From the human T2T-CHM13v2.0 reference genome, Homo sapiens, in NCBI RefSeq assembly GCF_009914755.1, contig NC_060940.1: a stretch of DNA of 64,000 bases; one strand, given 5' to 3'. Below are positions 23,656 to 37,722 of this stretch, piece by piece. The position numbers and the translations under genes were made by a program. How positions within the stretch are numbered: the stretch's first letter is position 1; the number at the start of each line of letters is the position of its first letter. Below the pieces are notes generated by a model, which did no database searches, was not told the origin of the DNA, and saw only the letters and a program-made list of their open reading frames with translations.

Positions 23656-24096
23656 AGATGGGGAGGGAGAAGAGACGGGGGAGGGGGTAGAGATGGGGGA
23701 GGGGACAGAGGGAGCAGAGATGGGGGAGGGGGTAGAGATGAGGGAGGGGACAGAGGGAGCAGAGACAGGGGAGGGTGTAGAGATGGGGGAGGGGACAGAG
23801 GGAGAAGAGAAGGGGGAGAGGGTAGAGATGGGGGAGGGGACAGAGGGAGAAGAGAAGGGGAGGGGGTAGAGATGGGGGAGGGGACAGAGGGAGCAGAGAT
23901 GGGGGAGGGGGTAGAGATGGGGGAGGGGACAGAGGGAGCAGGGATGGGGGAGGGGACAGACGGAGAAGAGAAGGGGAAGGGGGTAGAGATGGGGGAGGGG
24001 ACAGAGGGAGCAGGGATGGGGGAGGGGACAGAGGGAGAAGAGACGGGGGAGGGGGTAGAGATGGGGGGAGGGGACAGAGGGACAAGAGATGGGGGT
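23656..24096. repeat. Purine-rich GGGA/AGAG minisatellite
   Basis: Mixed units gggaggggacagagggagcagagatgg and gggagggggtagagatgg. Confidence 0.93.
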
Positions 24097-24679
24097 GTTC
24101 CTGTAGAGGCCCCAGCTTCACCTAGCCCAGCTGGCTCTCTCCACAGCATCCTGAACCCAAGGACTTTTCAGCTTCTTGCTTACCTCCTAAGACAGAGAGC
24201 TCATTCCCTGTGCAGGCCTCCTGTGCTGGGGTTGGGGAGCTTGGAGTGTGGCAAAGTGTCTGATTCCTTCTTCTTCCTTCAGCTGTGCACCCAGGGTCTG
24301 GAGCGACAGAGCTGGGCGTGTTACAAAGCCCCTCACCGTGTCGGGGCAGGCGTGCTGGGGACGGAGCTGGGCACCAGCTTTTGTGGTCCTGTCCAGCAAC
24401 CCCCGCAAGGCTAGCGAGGGAGGTGGGTGTGAACAAGTGAGTGAATGGAAAATGGGCAGATGGATGTGTGGTGTAGACCCAGGAGGACTTGGCGCTCCTT
24501 CTGTCTGGAGAGGAGTGAACCCTCCCCGCAACACCCGATTGGCAGATTTTCTTCCAGCCTCCACGGTGGCCGAGCCAAGTGTTATAAAAACACAGGAGAG
24601 TATGTCAGGACAGGCAGGGCCACACTTTGCCGCAAGGTGACAGGTTAAACAAATCCCTCCTCAGAATTTACTGCCTTCA

Positions 24680-25068
<389 letters not shown>

Positions 25069-25584
25069 TTACTTTCCAGCCATGAGTAAATCAGCGGGTA
25101 AGAGGGAATTTCCATCTGAAGTGGGCAGTGATGATTTTATTTCTTGATTGTGTGCTGATTTTGTTTTTTGGAAATGGTGTGGGGAGGGGAGGTGGTGGCA
25201 CTGGGGGTCTGTGCCATGCTCCACTGTCCACCAGGAGCTGGGCCCCTGCCTCCCTCCCTATCAGGAATGGGGTGCAGGCGTTGGCCCAAGGGCATCACAA
25301 GGCCGATGGGACTTTAGAGAGAGCTGGGGCGGAGCTTCAGGGACTGGGCACGTGGGGTAGGATTTGGGTTATGAGAGGTGGACCCCTCCCCTGCGCCCAC
25401 CACTCAGCCCCCAGCCCCCGGCACCAGGGGAGGGCTCTGTGCTGGGACAGCTGATGTGGGCTCTTGGGACTGAAGGGACACTGGGCCTTGGATGGGTCCT
25501 GGGACCGGTCCTGACCCTGCAGCATGTCAGCCGGTTCAGCCTCACATCCCTGCTCCCTCTGCGGCCACCTCCCAGATGGATCCC

Positions 25585-25900
25585 TGGAGCTGCGCAGGGG
25601 ACCTGGCCACCCCACCTGCCCTGTCCACGGAAACCATCACCCAAGCTTGGAGCTGTGCAGGGGACCCGGCCACCCCGTCCCTCCTGTCCACAGAAACCAT
25701 CACTCAAGCTTGGAGCTGCGCAGGGGACCCGGCCACCCCGTCTGTCCTGTCCACGGAAACCGTCACCCAAACTTGGAGCTGTGCAGGGGACCCGGCCACC
25801 CTGTCCGCCCTGTCCACGGAAACCGTCACCCAAACTTGGAGCTGTGCAGGGGATCCGGCCACCCCGTCTGTCCTGTCCGCGGAAACCGTCGCCTGAGCTT
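25585..25900. repeat. 63-bp minisatellite x5
   Basis: tggagctg unit starts at 25585, 25648, 25711, 25774 and 25837. Confidence 0.96.
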
Positions 25901-27171
25901 GCTCCACGTTCCAGACCGGGGCAGCGGGTTCCCCAAGGCTCCATGGCCGTGGGATGTGAGGGCCTGGAGCCTTCCCGGAGCAGGATGGAGGGGAGCAAGG
26001 CGGGAGGGGTGGCGGACAGCGAGTCCAGTGCCTTCTTCTAGATGCGGACAGGCTTTGGTGCTGGGGGACAGAGGGCTGGGCCCTGGGATCGTGGCAAGAC
26101 AGGCCATGGTGGCCAGCCCGCTAAGTCATGTCTCAGGGAACATGGCAGGAGTCCTCGTGCCTCTTGGGAGCAGACCTGCAAAGGCATTTATTTAGGGCTC
26201 TGGGGTGCGGCCCAGGGAGGCTGGAGGAGGCATTTCCCAGGTGGCAGCTCCTGTTCTCTCCTCCCCGAACACCAGGCATGGCCAAGGGGGATCCTGGTGC
26301 CTCTCTGCTCCGGTGGGTGTGAGTCACCAGGGCACACAGGCGAGGCCATGGGTGGTGGCTGTGCCTCGGTCTGGCCAGACGGGTCATGTCTCCACCAGGC
26401 GCCTGGAATAGCTCTCTGGGGCATCCAGCTCAGGGAAAAGGGTGTGGGCGCCCTGCAGGACGGACGTGGCTGGAGCTGCAGCAGCCCTGCCAGGTAACTG
26501 GGACCCAGCCAAGGGTCACACTCTCTGGCCCAGAAGCCAGGAGCCGACCGTGCCCCATCCCTCCCTATTACAGCCCCGCATCCTTCTCCCACTCCTGCTC
26601 GGCTGTGCCGTGCCCTTGAGGGGAACCTGGCCAGCTTGGTGCCAAGTGCTGTCACTCCCAGCAGGCAGCGTCCTTCCCATGGCCCAGGAGGGGTGGGGGT
26701 TCCTGGGATGCTCCCACCTGGGCCTCCAGACTCTAGCAGGGATCCCTGCTGTCTGAACCCCTGTGGCTGACCCCACGGCCCCTGGCCCCGTTTCCTGGTA
26801 CACCCCATCTCTGTCCCTGGTGGAGCTCCAGCCCTTCATTCCCCTCTCCTCATCACCAAGTCCCCGGGCCCAGGCTTCCCGGTTGGGCAGTGGAAAGCCA
26901 GGACATCCTTGGAGGACCCAGGAAGCCCCTTCAAGGGGGACCGTGATGGCTGAGGCCCCAGGACCTCGCGGGGTGATGGATGGGGGTGGACGTTGGTGCC
27001 AACCAGGCAGTCTCCAAGCTGGGCCGAGTTTTGGAAATGACCTCGTCTTCCAACCTTCCGCTTCACAGACGGGGCACAGAGGGCAGGGACCTGGGGCCCG
27101 TGGGAGGGGATGGCCTCTGAGAGTCTCCAGCGAGGACCCACGGGGCGGTGGCCATGATGAGGGCACCTGCG

Positions 27172-27580
27172 TTTGTGTCTGGAGCTGCCATACGAAGCAC
27201 CACCAACTAGGAGGCTCAGGACAACAGAGAGCCCCTCACAGCTCTGGAGGCCAGAGGACCCCTCACAGCTCTGGGGGCCAGAGGGCCAAAGTCCAGCGGC
27301 CAGCAGGGCTGGTTTCTCCTGAGACAGGGAGGATCCTCCTGGCCTCTGCCAGCACCTGCTGCTGCCCGTGCTCCCTGGCTGGCGGCCACATCGCTCTGCC
27401 TGCGTGTTCGTGGGTCCTCCTGTGAGCCTCTCCTCTCCTCCTTATACGGGCACTCGGGCTAAGACCCACTGACCCCATCCTGGAACCAGTTACACCTGCC
27501 ATGACGCTGTTTCCAAATAAAGGCACGTCCTGAGGCTCTGTGGACGTGAGTCCTGGGGGACACTGTTCAACCCACTACAG
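27172..27580 (-). mobile_element. MaLR solo LTR (MLT1-like)
   Basis: gctgccata...ctcacagctctggaggccaga...gttacacctgcc...gtttccaaataaaggcac...gacactgttcaacccactaca. Confidence 0.8.
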
Positions 27581-27899
27581 TGCCCAGTTGTAGTTCAGGA
27601 AGTTGAGGTCCAGAGAGATGGGGGAGCCCCCAGACTCATCCACACCAGAGACCTGTCACAGATGGGGACCCCAGACACTGGAGAGAGTGATCTGGTTTTA
27701 GGGGGTCACCCAGGGAGCTGGAGAACACAGGGAGCTGGAAAGAAGTGGTCAGGGCTGCTGCCTCAGGTGGGCGTCTGCCAAGGAGACTGTGGAGATCTCA
27801 GGGGTGGTGAGAGGCTGAGGGTCCATGAACCAGGCCGGATGGCAAGCCAGAATCGGGCTTTGAGAGGTGGCTTTGGGCTGTGATTTAAATAAAGGAAGG

Positions 27900-28247
27900 G
27901 GCCAGGTGCAGTGGCTCATGCTTGTCATCCCAGCACTCTGGGAGGCCGAGGCGGGTGGATCATATTAGGTCAGGAGTTTGAGACCAGCCTGGCCAACGTG
28001 GCAAAACCCTGTGTCTACTAAAAGTACAAAAATTAGCCGGGTGTAGTGGTGGGCGCCTGTAATCCCAGCACTTTGGGAGGCCAAAGCAAGTGGATCTCCT
28101 GAGGGCAGGAGTTCGAGACCTGCTTGGCCAACATGGTAAAACCCCATCTCTACTAAAAATACAAAAATTAGCCAGGCGTGGTGGTGGGCGCCTGTAATCC
28201 CAGCTACTCGGGAGGCTGAGGCAGGAGAATCGGTATAAATAAATAAA
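27900..28247 (+). mobile_element. Composite Alu (left arm + left arm + truncated right arm) with (TAAA)n tail
   Basis: Two successive left monomers, each ending in an A-rich linker. Right arm stops at ggagaatcg. Flanked by TAAATAAAGGAAGG at 27886-27899 and 28248-28261. Confidence 0.92.
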
Positions 28248-30014
28248 TAAATAAAGGAAGGGAGCATTCGGGGGAATGAGTCAGGGAGACTCCAGGCCTG
28301 GAGGATGGGGCAGGGGCCAGCACACCGGGGTCTGTGAGCAGTGGGGAGGCAGCCAGGGCAGGCCCTGCACGCAGCAGGTGCTCAGAGGATGCTAGCAGGA
28401 AGCACGTTGCTGAGAGGAGGGCGAAGTGTCAGCGTGGGGCTGGCAGAGGGAGACGCCAGCGAGGCAGGGCTGGTTGGCCCAGGAGCTGCCCCGGTGCCAG
28501 GAATTTGGGTGGGCAGGAGCCCGAGAGCTCCCATCTGCACCCACCTGTCAATCCCAGGCAGCCCCAGGCTCTGGGGTGGAAAAAGAGAGGAGCAGGTTGT
28601 TCCCAAGGGAGGCAAAGTGCCTCCAGGAGGCCGGGCGACCACACAGCCTGCAAGTAGCGGGGAGCCCGGCCCCAGTGCTGGCGGAGGAGCAAGTGTGGGG
28701 GCTCTGGGGTGCGATGGGGCGCTCGGAGTCCCCAGGAAGGGGCATGGGGCACAGGGATCCTGAAACTCAGTGTGTGAGGGAGAGGGGAGACAGGTCTGGA
28801 GGAGCCAGGGACACCAGGAGGGGCTGGGCGTGGGAGCCCTTCTAGCCCAGCCAGCGACGAAGGCCCACAGGGACCTAGGAGAAGAGGAGGTACCCCTCGT
28901 GTGGGGCGGGGGCCGGGCCGGCCTTGCACGTTGATGATGCTTGCAAGTGGGCCTCTGGGGCCGAGCAGGGCCCCCCGAGCAGTGCAGAAGCTATGCGGGG
29001 ACCTCTGCAGGGTCCTGGGCTGCCTCTGTGCCTCTCAGCTGAGTGGGGGATCCAACGCTCCCAGGCTACTGTGTCCACTGTGGATGGAGGGGTCCGGCCT
29101 GAGGGGAGTGTGGGGGGCGTGGTGGGGGGAAAAGGCCACCAGGAAGCGCTGCTCTGTGGCAAGGGCGGCAGGGAGGGGGACACAGCTGCACAGGTGGGGA
29201 GCCTGGTGTCTGGTCCCAGCCCGCTTCTGCTTTCTTACCCGGCAGCTGCCCAGGCACAGCCGCAGGGAAGCCAGGCTGCATTCACGGCATCTCCGGGAGA
29301 GACAGGGCCCCTTTCCGGCCCCCTGTTCAGCAAGTCCTCCCCATGGCTGGGGGAGGGGCCAGGCGTCGCAGCGACCCGTCTGTGATTGTGAACCCATAAA
29401 AGTGGCTGGTGGGAGGCCGGGCAGAGGCAGCGGCGGGCTCGGAGGGGCCCTGAAGGACATGCCCCGTGAAAGTGGAGGGCCCAGGCGGCCACACGGTGGT
29501 GACCCCATCGTGCAAAGTACTGCCCATTCCCAAGCGGAAGAATGTGTGGAAACGTGTGCGGCTGTGACACGGAACCCAGCGGCAGCCGCTGGGCAGGAGG
29601 GGCTGCAGCGTGTGGCCCCCGGGTGGCTCCAACCAAACGGGCCAAGCTGAGGCTGTTCCCACTCGGGGGCCGCCCACTGTGTGTCCACATGGCCGTGGCC
29701 CCATCCCGGGACAGGGCTGATCAGGTTGCCCTGCACTGTTGTGGCTTCGGTGTCTGTGGCAAAATGAGACCCCCACCTCTGAGAGACGTGTGGCAGGCGG
29801 GGCAGGCGGCCTCAGTCCTGTGAGTGCCTTGCCACAGGCTTTTGGCTTTGCTGGTCTCCAGGCACATGGAGAGACAGACGCTGGCTGAGTGCGTCCTAGG
29901 CTGGGTTCCAGGGTGGTCCCAGGAGCGCCGGCAGTGAGCAGTTCAGGGCTGTGGGTGCGGGGCTTGGTCCAGCAGGCAGGAGCAGCCCCGCCCGGGCAAG
30001 CCTCCCTGGAGGGA

Positions 30015-30345
30015 GACAGAGGAGACACAGGGCAGAGACGCAGGGCAGAGACATAGGGCAGAGACGCAGCGCAGAGCGGCCAGGGCAGAGATGCAGGGCA
30101 GAGACACAGCGTAGAGCGGCCAGGGCAGAGACGCAGGGCAGAGACACAGGGCAGAGACGCAGGGCAAAGCGGCAGGGCAGAGACGCAGGGCAAAGCGGCA
30201 GGGCAGAGACGCAGGGCAAAGCGGCAGGGCAGAGACGCAGGGCAGAGCGGCAGGGCAGAGACGTAGGACAGAGCGGCAGGGCAGAGACACAGGGCAGAGC
30301 GGCAGGGCAGAGACACAGGGCAGAGATGCAGGGCAGAGCGGCCAG
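30015..30345. repeat. 13/14-bp GCAGGGCAGAGAC minisatellite
   Basis: Mixed gcagggcagagac-type and gcagggcaRagcg units. Confidence 0.95.
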
Positions 30346-30505
30346 GGGCCCAGAAGCTGGAAGAGGCGGGAAGGACCCTCACCTGGGGCTTCCGGAGGGA
30401 GCACAGCTCTGCTCACACCTCGATTTTAGGCCTGTCTCCAGGCTGCGGGAGAGGACATCGCTGCAGTTTTCAGCTGTGCCATTGGTGGTACTCAGAGCCG
30501 GCATT
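30340..30505 (+). mobile_element. MLT1 LTR 3' half
   Basis: ccagaagctggaagaggcgggaagga...ccggagggagcacagctctgctcacacctcgatttt. Confidence 0.75.
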
Positions 30506-31917
30506 CCCTTCCTGTAGCAGCTGGCCTCGGCGACCCTCACTCCACTATGGCAGGCGTCCCCTGCCTGTCTCCGCACCGTGCCTCAGCCCTGCTCTGGTCC
30601 CACAAGGGCTGCAGCTGCCCCGACTCTCCCAGGGCAGAGAGACAAACGGGGGAGCAGAAAGCAGAGTGACCGGGAATGTGCCTGGCGGTCAGGTGGAAGG
30701 CCACAGACCCCCGAGGAAGCAGACGTCGTGTGTGGCCTGCCTTGGCGTCCAGGAGACCATCTCCTCCGGTGGGGTCAGACCACAGAGGGGCCCTCTCTGT
30801 CTCTGCCCCTTTCCCTGGTGTGAGCAGGAGCACCCGGGCGACAGGGGCGCCTCTTCCTTGCTGCCCCACCCAGAGGGCAGCACACAGCTCAGTGCAGGAG
30901 GGACAGAGACCTTCAGGCCCGAATTACCTCCGGCCAACACTCAGCCTGCCCGCAGGACCTCGGGCCACCGTGGTCCTGTCCGCCCGATATTCTTCCAAGT
31001 CACCCTCAGCTTCGAGTCTACTTTGAAAGGAGACTCCCCATGGCAGGTTTGAGACACTGCCGGGGTCCCTTCCTGTGCACATTGGAAGAGACGTGGAGGC
31101 TCCGGCAGAACGATCTGAGCACCTGATTCCGCACTGGGGCCGCAGCGCGGGCTCCCTTTCAGGGCGTTGGGGGCCACGCTTTGCCCCTCTGTTTAGTAAC
31201 ACTCAGGGGACCCTGAAGGCAGGCAGGCAGGGTCCGCGGGATGGGGAGTCTCAGAGCAGCCCACACCCCAGCATCTTGCTGGGAGGAGCTGGGGAGCTGG
31301 GTAAATCGGGGAAAATCCATCTCCAGGGCTCCCCTGAGGCTGTCCCCATTCCCAGGAAGGCAGGAATTACCCCACCCTCGGCCAGCCTCTGCCTGCCTTT
31401 CCCAAGATGATTCCAGAGCCCAGCAGCTCCTCTGGGACCCACATGGACTAGGCAGGCGGCTGGAGTGCTGTGGAGCACGGGGAAGGGCCATGAGAGCCTG
31501 GGACCCTCAGGCTCAGGACACCATCCTGGTGGCTGCTGATGGGGGTCAGCATTCTGCCCCTGCATCCTGCCCCTCTGCCCAGGGTCCGGAGGACTCACCG
31601 GGCTGTGCCCCCACCTGTGTGCCCTCCCCATGTCAAAGAGCAGGCGGGGGCGCCTGACAGGGTGAGGCCGAGGGTCCAACCCTCAGCCCCATACTGGCCG
31701 CAGGTGGTTCCTGAAACTTGTGGGACTGGAACCTCCTGTTGGCTGAGACCCCGGGGGGTGGTTGCAGAGGTGGGGCTGGTCTGGGAGTAAGCAGGGCAGG
31801 ACACCTGCGGGGTTGCTTGGCCTCAGGTGGGCAGAGGCTGTTGGGGGCCTGGAGAGCCTGGTGTGACCTGGGGGCAGGCTGGGGTGGGGGATGAAACCCA
31901 CAGGTGCCCCCAGTCAG

Positions 31918-32190
31918 ATGCACACCCAGGACACACATGCGCACACGCAGGACACACGTGTGCACACCCAGGACACATGCGTGCACACCCAGGACACATG
32001 CACGCACACCCAGGACACGTGCACACACAGGACACACGTGTGTGCACCCAGGACACACGAGTGCACACATAGGACACACACGTGCACACCCAGGACACAC
32101 GAGTGCACACCCAGGACACACCCGTACACATGGAGGACACACCCATGCACACACAGGACACACATGTGCACACACAGGACACACACGTGT
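31918..32190. repeat. ~22-24-bp CACACCCAGGACACACGTG minisatellite (~12 copies)
   Basis: Repeated tgcacacccaggacacac(a/g)tg variants. Confidence 0.93.
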
Positions 32191-34571
32191 ACCACTGTGC
32201 AGCCCTGCGCCCCCTCACTGCGTCCTGTTGCAGGCCTGTGTTGCTGTTCCATGTGCTGCCCTCTGCCTGCACGCAGGTGCCCATCGCCAGCGGGGCTGGG
32301 ATCTTCCTGTGGTGCTCCTTGGCCCCTGCGTTCTGCCCGCCTAAGTGGCCCCTCCGGCTGGTCCTGAGCATCTGCTTGCTCAGCTCTGTCCTGGGCTGGG
32401 CTGGTGGCATTGAGGAGGAGCTGGCTGGGCGCTGGGTGAGGCAGGACCAACCCAGGACAGGTGTCCAGCTCTTGACAGGAGCTCCTGGCCCAGGCTGGTG
32501 GCTGGGGAGGGGCTGTAGCTGCCAGGGCTGGGAGCGCCTCCTCCACCTGCATCGGACCGTGCTCCGGAGGCCACGGTGCTGTGGAGGGTGGTGGCGGATC
32601 TTGGGCAGGCAGAGGCTGCCAGGGGGCCTGGGCGGGGCCTGGGGTGACCCAGGGGCAGGCCAGTGGGCTGTGGAGACTGGTGGTGCTCCAGAGGCCACAG
32701 TGCTCTGGGCTTAGAGCAGCTGCACCCGGAGGCATGCCCTGGACGTGGGTCCAACTCTGCGTCATGCAGCTGGGGGGCAATGGACGCGCCCCCCTTCCTG
32801 GCCTCCGTGTCCTCCCTGTAGCTGGGATGGCTGAGAGGAGAGGGGAGAGAGAATTGGTTTAGGGGACCTCGCCCAGGAAAGCTCATGATCCACTCTGTAC
32901 CCACTACGGGGAGGGAGCCGAGTTGTGGGCCCAGGACACCCCTTCTGGCTGGGAGGAAACGGTGGAGGGGCCTGGAATTCCTCCAGGCCTGGGGGTTGCT
33001 GGGAGCCCTGATTTACGGCCCCAGCGCCTGCAGCCCCCCTCCTGCCCTGACAGTTCTCGTTGCAGCCTCCAGGTAGGAGGTGTTGGCGGGGCTGGGGCTG
33101 GGGTGGGTTTCCAGGTCCCCTCTGCCCATCCTAGGCTCAGTCCTGTGAGCTGAGTGGGTGAGCTGTGTCTGTGGGGCTGGGCTCTGTGTGTGGGCTTCTG
33201 AGGGGTGGCCCCGGGCCCCTGTGAGTCTCGGTCTTCCAGTCCGTGGAGTGGGGTGGACTTGTTCTCTGATGCTGGCCGAGGGGGCCTCCTACAGTGGGGG
33301 CTGTGGCCTCCATGGGTCCACCTGCCCATCTGTCTGGCCAGCCTGCCCTGCTGGAGGACTCAGTGCCCGAGGCCGGCTTCCTTGTTCACCAAAGGGAGAA
33401 CAGAGCCATGCCTCCCTCCCAGCCCTGAGCAGGGCCTGTGCCGGGAGGGCCAGTTCCCCTGGCCCAGAGTCGTCTCCCTGTCCCAGCCAGGCTGGAGGTG
33501 AGTGGGACGAAGGGGTCCCCAGGGCAGGTGCTGCCGGTGAGGAGGAGAGTGGCTTCTCCGAGGTTGCAGCGAAGGACGGCCAGGTCTGGAGAGGATGTGG
33601 CCTGGCCAGTCCTGACGCCGGAGGTGACGTGGCGAGGGCTGGAGGTGGCTCCTCCTGGGAGGCTGCCCCGGGACAGAGGTCTGGGCTGCGTGTGTTGGGC
33701 CTGGCCCACTCTCCGTGGCCAGATGCCACCCACCCCCACGTCTGCTCAGAGCAGAGGGCAGGCCAGCAGCTCATGCCAGGGTAGGCAAGGCCTGTAGCCC
33801 TCAGAGCCTGCAGCAGAACATAGAGCACACTCAGCCCACTGTTTCCCATGGATCCCTAGAGCCCCAGCACTGCTGAGATAGTCCCCAGGCCTCAGTCCCA
33901 CCCCCAGACACACACACGCACACACACACACAGAACTCTTGTCGCCCAGTCTAAGCCAGCTCACCCGGCAGGAGCACATTCCTGCAGGCCCCGGGGATGC
34001 TGGTGTTTCAGGATTGTGTCGAGTCCACTGCAGAGGTTTCCAGAAGAGCCGACAAGAGGCGGACAGGGCGGTGGACGGGGCGGAGCTGCACTCACAGGGG
34101 TGGGCGCAGCCGTCCTGGGAGCAGGGGTCTTGGCTGAGGACCCCGGGCCCTTCTGCTTTGAGCTGTGGGTCTGAGGGGCCTCCGTGCGGGGCTGGCCCTG
34201 GGAACTGTGGTCACTTGAAGCCCACTCCTCCTGCTGATGCCCACCCAGGGACAGGCCTCCTCCAGCAGCTGGCCTCAGAGAGACAGCCGTGTGCCCAGAC
34301 CCACAGGTCGCGTGCTTCTGCTCTATACAGCCTTCATGGGAGACTGGGGTCTCTCCAGCCAGGGCACCAACAAGCGCCCAGACCCATTCCTGGCCCTCGT
34401 GTTCATAAAATCCTTGTGGCTTCAAATATTTTTCAGACTTTAGTCGTGGTGGTTGTTGGAAAGGGCCAGCTTCCTGCTGCAATGATCCCTGAATCCTCTC
34501 CCCAAGCTCTGCAGGCCTGGTCTGATAGGTCACCCACAGTGGCGTCTCCTTGAACTTAAGAGCAGGCTGCA

Positions 34572-34871
34572 GGCCAGGCGCGGTGGCTCAAGCCTGTAAT
34601 CCCAGCACTTTGGGAGGCCGAGGCGGGTGGATCACCTGAGGTCGGGAGTCCGAGACCAGCCTGGCTAACATGGTGAAACCCTGTCTCTACTAAAAATACA
34701 AAAATTAGCCAGGCGTGGTGGTAGGTGCCTGTAATCTCAGCTACTCGGGAGGCTGAAGCAGGAGAATATTGAAACCAGGAGGTGGAGGTGACAGTGAGCC
34801 AAGATCACACCACTGCACTCCAGTCTGGGCAACAGAGCGAGAATCTGTCTCAAAAAAAAAAAAAAGAAAGA
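34572..34871 (+). mobile_element. Alu (AluSx-like)
   Basis: Full dimer. Degenerate target-site duplication aagagcaggctgca / aagaaccggctgca. Confidence 0.97.
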
Positions 34872-35660
34872 AAGAACCGGCTGCAGAGGGCCCTGGGTTG
34901 GAAAGAGGGGGCATGTGGTGGCCCCTGCAGGGGGTGACATCCTGCGGGGGTGACATCTGCCTTCTAGGGAATAAGACCCTGAAGCAGGCAGGTGGGCGAG
35001 GTGGGGAGGCCTCACAGGGTTGGGAGCAAAGGCTCCAATCCCAACCACTGAGGTGCTGGTCTGGCTTCTGCCGTGTATCAACTGGTGACCTTGGGCCTGC
35101 CTCAGTTTCCCCATCTACATAGCCCTCCTCCTGCCCGGACCTTGTTGGGATTAGCCAAGTTGACACCTGACAAACACCTGGGCACACTCAGCGGAGTGAA
35201 TCATCCACAAATGGTACCCCACAGCCCCCCATACTGCGGGTGTTTCCATCTTTGCTTTGCCCGCCGGGAAGCTCTGTGTGGAGTGTGACCCACCCTGGCA
35301 CTGGCTGCCTCTTTAGGGTTCTGGGCACTCTCTGAACTTTGTAGTTTCTTTGGCATTTTTTTTCTTTCCTTGTTTGCTCTTTATTAATTTTTTCATAATT
35401 TTATTTCTCAGACATAATTCACATAAGAGTCACCATTTTAAAATGGACGGCTCAATGATTTTAGCACGCCCACTAAATGTGCTGGAATTGTGTAACCATT
35501 ATCACCATCGATTTTATTTCATTTTTAATTTTTGTGGATACACAGTAGGTATATATATTTATGGGGCACATGAGATGTTTGGATGCCAGCATGTGGTGCG
35601 AACTAAGCATGATCCGTTTTAGAACATTTTATCACCTCCCAAAAGAAATCACCTAACCTT

Positions 35661-35976
<316 letters not shown>

Positions 35977-36663
35977 TTAACCTTTAGACATCAGTATTTC
36001 CGGATCCTCCCACTCCTGATTCCCTCAGCCCTAGACAAACACCAATCTGTTTTCTGTCGCTGCAGGTTTGCCTATTCAAGACATTTCACATAAATGGGAT
36101 CACACGATGCGGGGCCTTTTGTGTCTGGCTTCTCCCACTGAACTCATGTTTTTAAGGTTCATCCATCCGGTAGCAAGGGTCAGAATCTCTTTCCTCTGTG
36201 AGGCTAGTGTTCCGCTGCGTGGGTGAACTGTCCCCCATCTATCCATTCAATTGTTAGTGGATGTTTGGGTGGTTTTCATTTTTTTTTTTTTTTTTTTGGC
36301 TATTGTGAATAGTACTATGAACATCCATATACAAATGTGTGTGTGGACATATATTTTCAGTTATCTTGGGTAGATGGCTAGGAACGGAATTGCCAGGTCA
36401 TGTGCTAATTCTAGGTTCCGACTTTTGAGGAACCATTAAATTGTTTTCCAAACTGGCTGCCTCATTCTCCATTCCTGCCAGCAGTGCGTGAAGACTTGTT
36501 TCTCCGCATCCTCACCAACACCTACAGCCTGGTTTTCCTGACATAAGCATCCTCATGGGTGTGAGGTGGCCTCTCATCGTGGCTTTGATTTGGGTTTCCC
36601 GGGTGGCTGGTGACACGGAGCATCTTTTCACGTGCTTGTTGTCCACAGGTGTATCTTCTTTGA

Positions 36664-37060
<397 letters not shown>

Positions 37061-37239
37061 TGATGTATTATGGATATTATATATCCCCTTATCAGATAAA
37101 TGACTTGCAAATATTCCCCCCATTTGGTGGGTTGTCTTTTTACTTTCTCGATGGTGGCCTGTGAGACACAAAAAGTCTTTAACTTCAAATATCTCTCTAC
37201 ATTTTGTGTGCCTTTTGTTGCTTTTGGTGTCCTTATTTA

Positions 37240-37533
37240 TTTTCTTTTTTTGAGACAGGGTCTCCCTTTGTCACTCCCCCAGCTAGAGTGCGGTGGCGTC
37301 ATCACCGCTCTCTGCAGCCCCAATCTCCCTGGGCTCAGCCATCCTCCTGCCCCAGCCACCTGGGTAGTCAGGGCTCCAGGTGCACGCCACCACACCCGGC
37401 TAATGTTTGTATTTCTTGTAGTGATGGGGTCTCGCTATGTTGCCCAGGTTGGTCTCAAACTCCTGGGCTCAAACAACCGTGCCTTGGCCTCCCAATGTGC
37501 TGGGATTACCGGTGTGAGCCACTGTGCCTGGCC
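37240..37533 (-). mobile_element. Alu (AluJ-like)
   Basis: tttgagacagggtctc...ctccctgggctcagccatcctcctgcc...ctcctgggctcaa...gtgagccactgtgcctggcc. Confidence 0.93.
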
Positions 37534-37573
37534 TTTATTCATTTCTATGTGGCTGAACACATTTGGTATGGAT

Positions 37574-37722
37574 CCCAGGCCCTTGGTGAGCTGGGTGGGT
37601 GCAGACACACATGTGTGGATGGAGCCCAGGCCCTTGGTGAGCTGGGTGAGTGCAGACACACATGCGTGGATGGAGCCCAGGCCCTTGGTGAGCTGGGTGG
37701 GTGCAGACACACATGCGTGGAT
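37574..37722. repeat. 51-bp tandem repeat x3
   Basis: cccaggcccttggtgagctgg unit starts at 37574, 37625 and 37676. Confidence 0.95.
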
